DNA from: Octopus sinensis
Lineage: Eukaryota
Assembly (NCBI RefSeq): GCF_006345805.1
Contig: NW_021836142.1
Location: forward strand, 124,001-188,000
Length of the DNA: 64,000 nucleotides
Direction of reading: 5' to 3'
Shown here: positions 23,324-37,429 of the stretch, in pieces
How the letters are laid out: each line of letters opens with the position of its first letter
How positions within the stretch are numbered: the stretch's first letter is position 1
Notes under the pieces: model-generated
Database searches by the model: none
Seen by the model: the letters and a program-made list of their open reading frames with translations, nothing else
Told to the model about the DNA's origin: nothing
Made by a program: the position numbers and the translations under genes

Positions 23324-24987
23324 GCAATGACTGACTCTTTCCAAGGCTTCTGCAACTACTTAAGTCATCCATGCTCTACAAACCTAGCTTAAATGCATGC
23401 AGTAGGACAGACTCTGCTAAATGCATCTACAGGTCAGGTGGTATTGTTAAAATGAGTAATGGATTGAGCCTTCTCTTCAAGAAGAAGAACAGTTGCTGTG
23501 TTAAGCTTCCACAGAATTTCTATTTTCCAAATCTCATTCATGATATTTCTGACTGACACACGGCTGATAAAAGACTCTTACTAAGGTGATGGGCTGTGGG
23601 ATCAAATCCAAAGCCATATAGTTCCAATGAATCAAAGGTGAGAAGGCTAAATGAGGGTCTCATTCACTGTCTCTAATTACATGAGTACCTAAAATAACTA
23701 GCAAAAGCATGATAGAAATTATCAAATCATACGCGATAGAGAAGAACAGCCATAGTTTTTAGTTACTTGTACATTTTGATATGTCAGATACTTTACTTAG
23801 GTAAATAAATACTGATAATATATTTTAAATTAGAAATTGAATTAGCCAAATAAATATTGATCTTTGGTCCTTATAATTTACCCAGATAGTCTCAGATATT
23901 TTCAAACATTTACAAACAATTATTCGAATGATTTTTCCTCCATCTCTACCTACACACAAAACAAGATAAGACTCTTAGTTACCATTAATTTGATTTTACC
24001 TATCTTCAGCAAATAGATATTTCTCATATAATTGATCCGCTAAATATATGACAATCTAAATAGATTTTGATAGAATTGAAACTATAGCAATATTCTGAGA
24101 TCCCTGATTCAAAGTACTGTTACTAAGGCAACAGTTGTAAACTGGTCAAGAACACAATTGTGGTCAGCTTGAATTCCCTTCTTTCCATCCTCATAGGTTC
24201 ATTAGATTTAAATAGGTGCAAAGACATGTCAGAATAATTGATTGGCAAAGTGAAATAGAAATTTTATTCTTAAAATAATGTCATAACCCTAACTGCTTGA
24301 TATTATTGATTATCTGAGCAAATATTGGTTGAGAGGTTATTGCTTAAAATGACATATCAGTACAATATATTCCACCCTCTGACTGATTTACCTTCTTTTA
24401 ATCTGATTACTTGTAGTCGTTTCTTTTTGACATTGCTATTGAGAAAGGAATAAACAGCACAAAATCCTATTTCCCTTCTTCTATAAATTTGAAGCTCTTT
24501 TCCAATGTCAGAAATCAATCACACAAATAACTGATACTATCTCGTATTTAGTATTACATTCCTTGTTTTGGATTTCAGAAGATCAATACAGAGTGAGCAG
24601 CTCTTTCTTCAGACAATTCCAGTATTACACATCTTCTAAATATACCTAGCCAGTTCTTTTTGTAATTGCATTGTCAAAGTGGCAATGGCAATGACTGACT
24701 CTTTCCAAGGCCTCTGCAACTACTTAAGTCATCCATGCTCTACAAACCTAGCTTAAATGCATGCGGTAGGATGGACTCTGCTAAATGCATCTACAGGTCA
24801 GGTGGTATTGTTAAAATGGGTAATGGATTGAGCCTACTCTTCAAGAAAAGGAACAGTTGCTGTGTTAAGCTTCCACAGAATTTCTATTTACCAAATCTCA
24901 TTCATGATATTTTTGGCTGACACAAGGCTGATAAAAGGCTATTGCTAAGGTGATGGGCTCTGGGATCAAATCCAAAGCCATATAGTT
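23324..24987 (+). repeat. 300-bp direct repeat pair (23324-23623 and 24688-24987), offset 1364 bp
   Basis: Colinear with no net indel; scattered substitutions. Confidence 0.9.
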
Positions 24988-25364
24988 GTCAAGCAAATTT
25001 CTTAAGTGTGCAGCCATTTTGCACCCTATGTTAGAAATATAAATACTATATTATATCATCATCACCACCACCGTCACCATCATCACTATCATTATCATCA
25101 TCATATCATCATTATCATTATTTGGTACCCAGTTTCCATGTACATATGGACAGGACAGTTTAAAAGAATCTGCTACCTCACAAGACTGTCTCATTCTCCA
25201 GTGTCTTCTTTGGCATAATTTCTATGATGAGAGACCCTCCATCAGTGATTATGTGAACTTATTATATTATATGCTTTAGCATCTCATGTAAATTTATTTT
25301 TCATTATAGACATTCAATCTTTGACTTGAACCATCATCATCCATTGGGCAATAAATTGGACTTG

Positions 25365-25865
25365 CGAAGACCTGTTGAGTGAAGTCATAGAAGTCAGTAC
25401 CGCCTGATTGGCACCTATGCTGGTGGCATATAAAAAGCACCATTCGAGCATGGTCAATGCCTGTGCCGCCTGACAGTTCCCATGCCAGTAGCACGTAAAA
25501 AGCACCATTCAAGTGTGATCATTGCCAGTTCTGGCAGACAGGCTCCCATACCGATGGCATGTAAAAAGCACCATTCGAGTGTGATCATTGCCAGTGCTGC
25601 CTGACTGACTCACATGCTGGTGGCACATAAAAAGTAGCATTGAAGTGTGGCCGATGCCAGTACTGCTTGACTATCCCTCATGCCAGTGACATATAAAAAG
25701 CACCCACTACACTGTCGGAGTGGTTGGTGTGAGGAAGGACATCCAGCTGTAGAAACTTTGCCAGATCAGATTGGAGCTTGATGCAGCCTTCTAGCTTGTC
25801 AGCCCTGTCAAACCGTCCAGCTCATGCCAGCATGGAAAGCAGATGTTAAATGACGATGAGGATGA
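25365..25865 (+). mobile_element. Family C repeat with five ~66-bp internal units
   Basis: TAAAAAG(C/T)A motifs at 25431, 25496, 25562, 25628 and 25694, then the conserved module and (GAT)n. Confidence 0.85.
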
Positions 25866-26128
25866 TGTTAATTACATTTTTAAATGTAATGCTTATTTAT
25901 TCACATCGTTTTGAATTAATCACACACTTTCTTGTAGTTTTGAGATTTAAAGGATATGATTACTTATATTTAGAATAACATAAAACTGGTTGAATATTTG
26001 GATCCGATGTGGCTGGCTTAAATTCTAAAGAATTAAGAACTATCATCGAACAATTAGAAATATGCATGCACACACACACTTACACAAACATGGATGTACT
26101 AATATATAAATACATGTATGTGTGTGTG

Positions 26129-26515
26129 TGGAGGCGCAATGGCCCAGTGGTTAGGGCAGCAGACTTGCGGTCATAGGATCACGGTTTTGATTCCCAGACC
26201 GGGCATTGTGAGTGTTTATTGAGCGAAAACACCTAAAGCTCCACGAGGCTCTGGCAGGGGATGGTGGTGATCCCTGCTGTACTCTTTCACCACAACTTTC
26301 TCTCACACTTTCTTCCTCTTTCTGTTGTACCTGTATTTCAAAGGGCCGGCCTTGTCATTCTCTGTGTCACGCTGAATATCCCGAGAACTACGTTAAGGGT
26401 GCATGTGTCTGTGGAGTGCTCAGCCACTTACACGTTAATTTCACGAGCAGGCTGTTCCATTGATATCGGATCACCCGGAACCCTCGTCGTCATAACCGAC
26501 GGAGTGCTTCCATCC
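26129..26515 (+). mobile_element. tRNA-derived SINE (family D)
   Basis: A-box TGGCCCAGTGG and B-box-like GGTTTTGATTCCC; the 3' half matches 42328-42520 inverted. Confidence 0.85.
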
Positions 26516-27093
26516 ATGTGTGTGTATTTGTATGCATATGTGTCTGTGGCGGGGTTTAAAATGTTTGAGTGTATGTGTGTATGTGTTTGATTGTAAAAAT
26601 TTTTCCCTCTTCAAGCTGGTTCTAGTGAAATATAATCTTTTGAAAGTATAAAATTTGCTTTTGAAGTTAAGTAAATTTGATTTTTGAACATTCAGAGATG
26701 TAAGTTGTTGCTGATTAAACTTAGATCAAACTTGATTGAAGAGACTTATGATCAAAGACAGCTATGGCAACCCCCTCTTTATTACAGACAAGAGAAAAAG
26801 AAGGAGAAACAAGGATACTATGACCAACTGTGGCCAGTCCATCTTCCCATGTGGTCTTTGTAGTAGAACCTTCTTGACCCAAATTGTACTCAGTGGGTAT
26901 TAGCAAGCCTACAATAGACATTCTGCTCCTTAAAAATTCTTTTGTGAATGGTATAGAGTGTGGAGTATTTGACCATTGATGATGGTGAGAAAAATCAATA
27001 GCAGCTGTGGCAGTTATGAAGATAAAATGCATTTCCTGCCACAAACCACACCATGGTAAAATAACAGGGAACCTGCTCCCAGGCAAACATTAA

Positions 27094-27313
27094 CCCTTTC
27101 GTTACTGTATTTATTTTGAGAGGCTCAGTGTTTTTTTCAATTACTTTAAATATAACAAAGAATTTAGTAAAATATCTTAGTTATCATTCAGCTAGTGTTA
27201 GGAACATAAATCGTGACTAAGGTTTGGTAGAAGATCTTAATTCAAAACTTGTGAAAATAAGACATTTGTACACAGAGCCAGAGCCAGTTTTAGCCGGGTT
27301 AATAACGAAAGGG
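27094..27313. mobile_element. piggyBac-type MITE with TTAA TSD
   Basis: TTAA|CCCTTTCGTTA...TAACGAAAGGG|TTAA; same family as 46475-46921. Confidence 0.9.
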
Positions 27314-27469
27314 TTAAGGCAAGCAAAGTTATTAAACAGTGCCTAAAACAAAGTTTGAACATAGTTTGTGAGATGAGTAGTCCAGAATTGTAATTCACAG
27401 CACTTTCTCCATTCCCATTTTCTCATTTTGTAGGAAACATCCATCCATCCATTTCTCTCTCCACTATTC

Positions 27470-27790
27470 CTGAAAAGGTTGTTATATTAGAGTTCACAAG
27501 CATCTACTCCTTCGGGTTTTGTCGAAAGCCAACATTATTACACTTTCTTCCTAGATTCCCAAGCACAATCAGCTGAAACTAGGGATATTATGCAAACGTC
27601 TCATTCTTGGTCTGTTACCAGGTCTTTTGTCAGTTAGCATAGCTGGAAGAATCCATCTTGCAGTTGTTTCCTCTAGCATTCTAGTTACATATTCATAGCA
27701 CTGGAGTTGTGACCTTCCAATGTAGATCAATAGTAGTTCAACATGGAGAGATTCCCTGATCTCCAAGTTAATCATTTCAAAGATCTTCGG
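27470..27790 (-). mobile_element. RTE LINE 3' fragment
   Basis: IRESLHVELLLIYIGRSQLQCYEYVTRM...KRPGNRPRMRR resembles the decayed RTE motif IERSQLRWFGHVxRM...RPxGRPRTRW. Confidence 0.65.
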
Positions 27791-28881
27791 AAGCATCAAT
27801 CATTGATATTAGATATCCTCTATCTGAAATCATATGAAATTACATTTGAGTGTATGATAATTATACTTAAGAAAATAAATATAATATTTTCAACTTAATC
27901 CTACAAATATTCTTTGAAAGACAGGTTCAGTTTCATTCAATCATTATTATAAAGAAGTTTAACATTTTTGTCACTTTTTCCCCTTAATAATGTTGATACT
28001 GATTATTTCAGAATTGTTCAACTAAATATATTTTGTAATCTTGAAACATAAATGTCAAAAGAAGTTACAATTACTTAATATCTGTACATTTTTTTTCTTT
28101 AGACAAACAAATTTATTTCACATTCATGTGTACACATAAATATCAACTTAAAATAGAATGACAGAGCTATGTAAAGAAAATAATGTTAATCTAGATCTGT
28201 CTTGGCATTTTAATTATTCACATATTTTATATTTTCTGATCCAATCTATGATGCTAGAAATATCTTCTTTTTAATAGTCATAAAAATTCTTATGTAAAGT
28301 AAGAAATTGAGGTATTTGCTACTTTATTGAAAGAACAAAACTTTTCTATTTCTATACGAAAGACAGGCAAGAAAGTATAGTCAAGGTGTATGATACTGCA
28401 TACTACAGAGAATACTGAAAGTATTTGATACAAATTTGTATGGAAACTAGTGCATGAGAGGAAAGTTGTGCCTCAAAGAAATCAACTGATATTATCATAA
28501 TCATAATAACTTCCACTTTTCTATGCTTATATGGATCAGACAAAGTTTGTTGAGGTGGATTTTCTACAGCCGGATGTCCTTCTTGTTGTTAACCCTCACC
28601 TGTTTCCAAGTAAGGGAATATTTCCTCTTGACTTAAGATTGGAAAGATTGGGAATAAGGGATACTGCTTGCATGATAGTGGCAGCTATTCCTCGATGTGA
28701 AAACAAGGAGCCAATAAGACATGCACACACATATATGTATATAGATATGTATGTATTTATATATCATCATCATCATCGTCATCATCATCATTTAAAATGT
28801 TTCTCATGCTGGTATGAGTTAGAAACTTTGACCAGAAGTGATAACTGGAGAGCAGTACCAGGTTCCAGTCATCTGTTTTCA

Positions 28882-28933
<52 letters not shown>

Positions 28934-28991
28934 GGTGCCCCAGCATGGCCACAGCTTGTGAGCTGAAACTAAATAAAATAAAAAATAAATA

Positions 28992-29395
28992 CAGGGTGCG
29001 GTGAATAAACTCTTATCTAAATTACACAAAAATGAAAATAACACTGACATCTCATTTTAACAGATGTATTTACCAACATTACAAAAATATATCTTGAAAT
29101 ACTAAACAGTAAATTTATTCAATAAAATCCCCATTGGTTTCCACAACGTTCTCCAGATGACTTCAGAATCTCCTGCAACTCTTCTGGACAGTCTCCTTGT
29201 TTAAGTTGGTGAATGCTGCCATAATCCTTGCCTTCAGTTCATCTTTGGTGTTACAAGGAATTTTGTTGGTCTCTCGCTCAACTGTGCCCCACACATAATA
29301 ATCAAGGGGGTTGCAGTCTGGGGAGTTAGGTGGCCAGATGCTAGGGGAATGTGGTCACAGAAATTGTCTGCCTGGGTCAGTGAGGAAGCAGCCTT
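28992..29395 (-). mobile_element. Tc1/mariner (maT/DD37D-like) 3' fragment with TIR
   Basis: WPPNSPDCNPLDYYVWGTVERETNK...TKDELKARIMAAF; TA|CAGGGTG terminus; same family as 34607-35586. Confidence 0.85.
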
Positions 29396-30671
29396 TTTAA
29401 TCGCACAACCATGTCTGCACCCATAAACCCTACAGACTGTTTGTGACGTCAGTACCTGAAAAGTCACTGAAATTCGATCTCACTGGGATCTCAGCTGGTA
29501 TATAGCTAGGGTGTCTGTCTCTGAAGAGACTGAGTACATTGAAATTGTGTGATCTTGTAGCTCTGGCTCCCATAGCTGACGATTTTCATTTGCCAATGAT
29601 ATAAATAAATGTGACTTTATGCCCCAGACATCCACATAAGATGTCCTCACAAGGTGGATACTGCAACATTTGGCATTTTACCAAAACACCGATGCCTAGC
29701 GAGATATAAAAACTAACTTTTGGTATTAATACTGCTTCTGTTGCTAATAAGAAAAGGTAGACAAGAACATTGAATAATGTGGTCCTAGGTTCGATGCATT
29801 TAGGAAATGGATAAGATGGTTATGGCTGGAATGCCTTTAACCATATATCTAATTTAGTAGAGCTGACATAGGGTTAAACAGCATTGACAAGAACAGTTTC
29901 TCTGAAGAGGAACATATTGTAAACTGAGTGAGTGGATCCCAGAGTATTACAGGTATTTAATTTATTAACTGTAAATGATTGAAGTCAAACTTCAATTTGA
30001 ATACAGAACTCAAAGATTTCAAATTATAGGAAGCATTTAGTTCAGTTTTTATCCTCTAGCTTTAAATCTTAGTAATAAAATTAGTTCTCAAAGATATCAA
30101 GTATCAGCTCTGGAAGGTTAAATTTGGTCTTTCATCTTGTCCATATAAACGAAATAAGTACGAATGATGTGATTAAAACTTTGTAAAGCAGCCAGAGGGA
30201 TAACAATTTTTATCTGGAGAGTTTTGATGCCTGCCTTTGTGTTCAAAGGTTAATCATAACATTTTATTTCCAGTCTTGTCTAGGTGTTCTGAGTTTTCTG
30301 GATGACTCAGGAAAAAAATGTTGTCCACTGTGATTTTTCAAAAGCTATCGTTTTAAACATTGTCGTTTATAGCCTATCAACAGTTATCTGTGTAGTACAT
30401 TCTTGTTGATAATATATTGAAAGAAAACCATTAGGATTATAAGTGACTATAAAATGCCAATAACACAATATATAAATTACAAATACACAATCACACATAC
30501 ACAACTATAATATATACAATAAATACATATATGGAATATTTGTGTATATTTACACATGTTAGTTTAGATATACACAACAATACACGTATTTAACTGAAGA
30601 TTTACACATTTGTCCAGTTTTGTATCTGCTATTCTAACTTCAGTCTCACAAATTGCATTAAGTAATTCAGT

Positions 30672-30949
30672 TTATATATATATATGTATATGTATGTATG
30701 TATGTATGTATGTATATGTATGTATGTATATGTATGTATGTATATGTACGTATGTATGTGTATGTATGTATGTATATGTATGTGTGTGTGTATGTATGTA
30801 TATGTATGTATGTATATGTATGTATGTATGTATATATATATGTATGTATATATATATATATGTATGTATATATATATGTATGTATATATATATATGTATG
30901 TATATATATATGTATATATATATATGTATGTATATATATATGTATGTAT

Positions 30950-30980
<31 letters not shown>

Positions 30981-31157
30981 TGTATATACGTATGTATGTA
31001 TGTATGTATGTATATATATGTATGTATATATGTATGTATATATTATGTATGTATATATGTATGTATGTATATATGTATGTATGTATGTATATATATATAT
31101 GTATATATATATATGTATGTATGTATATGTATGTATGTATATATATGTATGTATGTA

Positions 31158-31188
<31 letters not shown>

Positions 31189-31362
31189 ATGTATGTGTAT
31201 ATATGTATGTATGTATGTGTATGTATGTATGTATGTGTATATATATATATGTATGTATGCATATATATGTATGTAATATGTATGTATGTATGTGTATATA
31301 TATGTATGTAATATGTATGTATGTATGTGTATATATATATATGTATGTAATATGTATGTATG

Positions 31363-31407
<45 letters not shown>

Positions 31408-31428
31408 ATATATATGTATGTATGTACA
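30672..31428. repeat. ~750-bp (TATG)n/(TA)n microsatellite
   Basis: Visible directly; source of six 128-275 aa spurious ORFs. Confidence 0.97.
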
Positions 31429-32309
31429 CAGCACTTTACTACAGATCTACTATACATTTTACATATCAAAAGTAAGTCCAGGCAAACTTGGTGATACAAA
31501 GATAAAATTCTCTAAAACTCACCACAGAAAGTTATGCATAAGTTTATATCCACAAATTAGGATATGGCACATAATATAGACAAGAGAAGTCTTGTGACAA
31601 ATATATTACATTATAAGTTGAAACATATGGCTTTGCTGTCCAGTATCAGAAATAGTTGGTTAATGTAAAAGACAGAGACACCTCCAAGCCACAATAGTGC
31701 AATAGAAAATGTTGGTTGTGTTAAGCTAGTGTAGAAGATATTACCAATATATTCAGCAGCTCAAACAATAATGAAGTATTCCCTTCCTATGAGGCATGAT
31801 GTTAGCAAAAATAGTGCATAATAAAATTTGCAGAGAGACTTGTCCTGATGAATAGACCAAAAGCACTATTCATTGTGATTGCATTCACAAATTTAGTTAC
31901 AGAGAATATTGGTAAATCATTCAAATATAACACATCCACTGAGTGTAAAAAAAAAAAAAAAAAAGAAACCCAGCCCTGTTCAAACAACTGTCAAATCTCA
32001 CATGATATTGCAATTATATGGAAAAAGTGTTCATAAATAAAAAGAGTTGTAACTGAGCTCCCCAGAAACACTAAAGAAAATAATATTCTAAATGGCCGCA
32101 GAATTGTTGTAAAATATAACATAGCAAAGATCTGGAGAATAAATAAAGCACATATGAACAACACTCCATACATTAATATGTATCATTGCATTTACACTGA
32201 TTCTTAAAAAAGAAAGGATACACTGGATATTGTGATCCTAGATACACTGTCTGAAAAACAACATAACACGACTATGAATGGAATGTTTTTGATCAGAGGT
32301 TGTCTTTGA

Positions 32310-33075
32310 TTGTGGTTGACTTAGGGCTACGAAACAATAACTGCAAAACATAATCCAACAGTGTTGGGAATTTTAAGCATTTGTTAAAGATGGCGAGCTG
32401 GCAGAAATGTTAGCACACCGGGTGAAATGCTTAGTGGTATTTCATCTGTCTTTACGTTTTGAGTTCAAATTCTGCCAAGGTCGATTTTGCCTTTCATCCT
32501 TTCAGGGTCGATTAAATAAGTACCAGTTACGCACTGAGGTCGATATAATCAACTTAATCTGTTTGTCTGTCCTTGTTTGTCCTCTCTGTGTTTTGTCCCT
32601 TGTGGTTGACTTAGGGCTATGAAACAATAACTACAAAACATAATCCAACAGTGTTGGGAATTTTAAGCATTTGTTAAAGACGGCGAGCTGACGGAAATGT
32701 TAGTGCACCGGGTGAAATGCTTAGTGGTATTTCATCTGTCTTTACGTTCTGAGTTCAAATTCCGCCAAGGTCGATTTTGCCTTTCATCCTTTCAGGGTCG
32801 ATTAAATAAGTACCAGTTATGCACTGGGGTCGATATAATTGACTTAATCTGTTTGTCTGTCCTTGTTTGTCCTCTCTGTGTTTTGTCCCTTGTGGGTAGT
32901 AAAGAAATAGGTATTTTGTCTGCCTTTACGTTCTGAGTTCAAATTCCACCAAGGTCGATTTTGCCTTTCATCCTTTCAGGGTTGATAAATCAAGTGACAG
33001 TTGCATACTGGGGTTAATCTAATTGACTGGCCCACTCCCCAATAATGTCGGGCCTTGTGTCTAGAGTAGAAAATA
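32310..33075 (+). repeat. 290-bp tandem duplication carrying family B SINEs; the second SINE is dimeric
   Basis: TTGTGG junction at 32310, 32600 and 32890; the unit is ~80 bp of flank plus a B monomer. Confidence 0.88.
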
Positions 33076-34606
33076 ACTTTAAATATTTGTTATTTTGAGT
33101 CAATAACTGGACTTTTATGAACTTGGTAGAAATGCTAGAAACAGCAGCAAAATCTCCCTCAAATTATTCTAACCATTAAAAACAAAGGGTATGTTGGATG
33201 TTTTCAATACTGCCTGAAAAATATATCAGGTTTGTTTGATCAGAGTGTCTTTGACAAAACAGGTTTGAAATAAGTTTATGAATTTATTCAAATGTTCATA
33301 TTCATGGTTACTGATGTAAATAATTCAAATAAACAGTTTTGACTGAATCTCAATTTCTGTCTAAATTGTACCATGAGAGGGGTATTTGGTGGCTGGAAAT
33401 TGTTTCAAAGACCATTTTGTGTGTGTGTGTGTGTGTGTTTAAGGGAAAAAAAAAACACCTTTTATTTCAAACCCGTTATATTAAAGACACATTAGTCTTT
33501 TATATTTAGTTTGGAACAGTGGTATTTGGAAATCTATTAGTCCATTAATGCTTCAAGACATTCCCAATCGAATCCTCAGACTGATGGAATGGTAATAATA
33601 TCCATTCACATATTTTGCAGCAAATCATAAAAGATTATGAGAATACTCTTGTACCGCATAAAATAAACAGTGCTATATTTAAAAATTAGGCAACACTTAA
33701 GTGCTGGTAGATTCCAAAATAATTTTACTTGCAATGCATCAGATTGTTAACTCATAGTTTATATTCTACTATTATCATAACTTCTATAGTTATTCTTCTC
33801 ATTCTATATAATTCTATATAAAACACCATTCTGTCAACTTATTTTCTATTTAATTTTGTTTTGTAGCCATTTTTGTAATGAGTTACTATAGCCCTTTTTC
33901 ATAAATGCAGGCCAGTCAATGAGAAAATATTACACTTGTGTATCTGATGTAAAAGTTTCACTCCTGAAGTTTAACAACTTACTTATATACATTAAAATTC
34001 ATGTATTACATTGGTTGCCTAAAGCATGCTCTGTGGTTTATTAGTCTGTGGTTTCATGTCATTGCAAATATTTTTCATTCTGGTGTTTTTGTAATATATT
34101 CTCTCACACAAACTATAAGTTTGTAGTTAGGGTTAATACATATTGTATGCTAATAGCTTTACTAAATACTAATACTGCAGTTAAGTCTGTTGCATATTGT
34201 ATTCTAATAGCTTTACTAAACACTTTACAAAAACTTTACTAAAAGCAGAAATACGCGCCGGACATTAACAGCCAAATATATCACACATAGAATAAAATGT
34301 GAAATCTATGAGGACTTAATCACTGTACAAAACTGGCTCTGGCAAGTTTGTTAGTTATAATAGTATTCTATGATCCTTTTAGAACCAAGTGGAAAGTAAG
34401 CAAACAACATGCTCTTATTACCATTACTTCATTCTGATATTGCAACAAGGACGATTTTGAAACTTTAATGAATTAATGGATTTAGGAACTCTATTGTTCC
34501 ATACTAAACATAAAGAGAAATGGATGGAATATGAAGAATCCTTAAAAAAAAGATCTAATTCAAATATAGTCATGATTTTAATATGACACACTAAAGCACA
34601 TATATA

Positions 34607-35586
34607 CAGGGTGTGGTTGGTAAATTGTTGCTATTTATATTTTCAATTTTGCGCATGCACTGTGTTTGTTTTTGATTTTGATGACTACACAGTATAGTAG
34701 GATCAGTTGGGCACCATCAATGAGAAAAACTATACCATGATGCAATTTACTCTGCCAGAAATTTGAAAATGACATGCTATACTGCTTGGCATTCACATCA
34801 GAAGCTCCAATATTAACATTTCAGAGTATTTGAGTGTCAGTTTGATGACAGTGCAATTTGGGGACATGTACTGGGAGTGATAAAAATCAAACATCCAGTC
34901 AACAACATGGTGTTTTGAGTGATCACTAGTGATGGTGACTTTATGCCTCCATTCGTCTTCCCACAAACTGAAATAAATACAGTGGTTGATGTTTTCAACT
35001 AAACTTTTGAATATCTGAAACCAGTAAAAAGAATATACCATAGAGAGAGGCTGTGATTTATGATACTAATACTACTTTTATAATACCAAATGTAACTTCA
35101 GTTTTAATCTAGTATTCACCGAATAGATATTTATTGTATATAGATGCAGAAGGTTACATATTTATAAGGAAATGGAACTGTGTAATGGTCAGGTTTTGTC
35201 TGGCAACAGGACTCTGCACCATGCCACACAAGCAGGAGAAACCACTGATGGCTGGTTGACAATTTCTGCAACCACATCACCCCTAACTCCCCAGACTGCA
35301 ACCCTCTTGATTATTATGTGTGAAGTGCAGTTGAGCACAAGACCAATAAAACTCCTTGTAACACCAAAGATGAACTGAAGACAAGGATTATGGCAGCATT
35401 CACCACCTTAAACAAGGAGACCCTCCAGAAGAGTTGCAGGAGATTCTGAAGTCATATGGAGGCCATGGTTGAAGGCAATAAGATATTTTTTTTGGTAATT
35501 TTGGTAAATACATCTGTTATCATGAGATATCATTATTTATTTTCATTTTTCCTTAATATAGATGACAGTTTATTCCCCACACCCTG
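34607..35586 (+). mobile_element. Internally deleted Tc1/mariner (maT/DD37D-like) element with both TIRs and TA TSDs
   Basis: TA|CAGGGTGTGG...CCCCACACCCTG|TA; remnants DGDFMPPFVFP, WQQDSAPCH and SPDCNPLDYYV; contains a 233-bp foreign insert. Confidence 0.88.
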
Positions 35587-35619
35587 TATGTGTAAGCATG
35601 TCTATGCATGTATATATGT

Positions 35620-36165
<546 letters not shown>

Positions 36166-37429
36166 ATGCATGCATGAATATGCACATACATATATGTATC
36201 TGAATATGTGTACCTATGTCTGCATTATGTAAAATAAAACAACAATGTTTTAAAAAGTTTGACCAGAGCTGTGAGAATAAGAGCCTTACTTAGCAATTCA
36301 ATAAATATAGATTGTTAAAGTAAGTATCAAACTGAAATAAATACAGTGGTTGATGTTTTCAACTAAACTTTTGAATATCTGAAACCAGTAAAAAGAATAT
36401 ACCATAGAGAGAGGCTGTGATTTATGATACTAATACTACTTTTATATTACCAAATGTAACTTCAGTTTTAATCTAGTATTCACCGAATAGATATTTATTG
36501 TACATAGATGCAGAAGGTTACATATTTATAAGGAAATGGAACTGTGTTATGGTCAGGTTTCTCACTGAGGGGCTTTGCAACATAAACAGAAAAAGTATAG
36601 CTACAACTGCAAATCAAACTGTCAGTAATTCTACTCACCAGGAGTTTACCTGTGTTCTTTATAGATGCCAATATAAATGACTAAATGTTATTAATTAACT
36701 TTATATTTAATTTCTTTCATTGTTAGATCTTCACTCAGCTATATTGTTTGAGTTATATATAGAATTTTAGAAATAGCTTAATATGTCTCAAAGCACAAAT
36801 TACGTGTAAATATACCAATAAATGAAAATCTCAATTGTATTATTAATATTGCTTCTCTTTGTTTTGATTTTGATAATATGGTTGAGTACTAAAAATATTG
36901 TATTCTATCCACTTCACATATTTTCTTTGCAATTCTGCAATGATGCATAACTTTGTTTACAGACTATTTTCCCTAAAATTTCAGTCTGCTGTTTATGCTT
37001 AGCAAAGAACAATGCACGTTAATAACAATCATCTTGTCTCCGATATTGATACGTTGGCCCCTGGTCGATTGATTGATCAATTCAGGATATGTTTCCGAGT
37101 TAGGAACATCAATTAACTTATCTGCAGGATTTGTCTACATAGGTGGTATTTCAATTTGATTGAGTAATGGAAAGAGAAAAGAAAAAAGTATACACACCCT
37201 ACAAGATTGATCAATAACTATAGAACTATTCAACTAGCAGTTTAATGAACAATTTGCTAATATGGTGAACTAAAAGTTTCATATGTCCTCATTTGTTTAG
37301 AAAAAATATGGCACATCATTATCATATTTGGTGTGGAGACCAGTTCTTTGTGAACTACATTGTTCATCCAGTTTCAGTTCTTAACCAGAAGTTTCTGTTA
37401 CCTTATGCTATTAATATATATTGTGAAAT

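Noticed and set aside
23324-24987. LTR retrotransposon/TRIM call for the 300-bp direct repeats
   Set aside because: No primer-binding site, polypurine tract, TSD or gag/pol remnant found; kept only as a duplication.
25365-25700. Regularly spaced ~66-bp repeats that superficially resemble a CRISPR array
   Set aside because: The 'spacers' are homologous to each other, the array is internal to a dispersed SINE-like family, and there are no cas genes in this eukaryotic context.
28320-28500. Possible Tc1 N-terminal remnant
   Set aside because: Similarity too weak and no TIR identified.
30610-31499. Multiple 190-275-aa Y/V/C/M and H/T/Y/I ORFs (similarly 1423-1958, 17198-17720, 35456-36039)
   Set aside because: Microsatellite translation artefacts.
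33517-34560. Protein-looking short frames (GIWKSISPLMLQDIPNRILRLMEW; MDLGTLLFHTKHKEKWMEYEESLKKR)
   Set aside because: Under 40 codons with no consistent splice phase or recognisable family; expected by chance in AT-rich DNA.
36930-37140. Minus-strand 53-codon frame TNPADKLIDVPNSETYPEL...
   Set aside because: No donor or recognisable domain; cannot be distinguished from chance.
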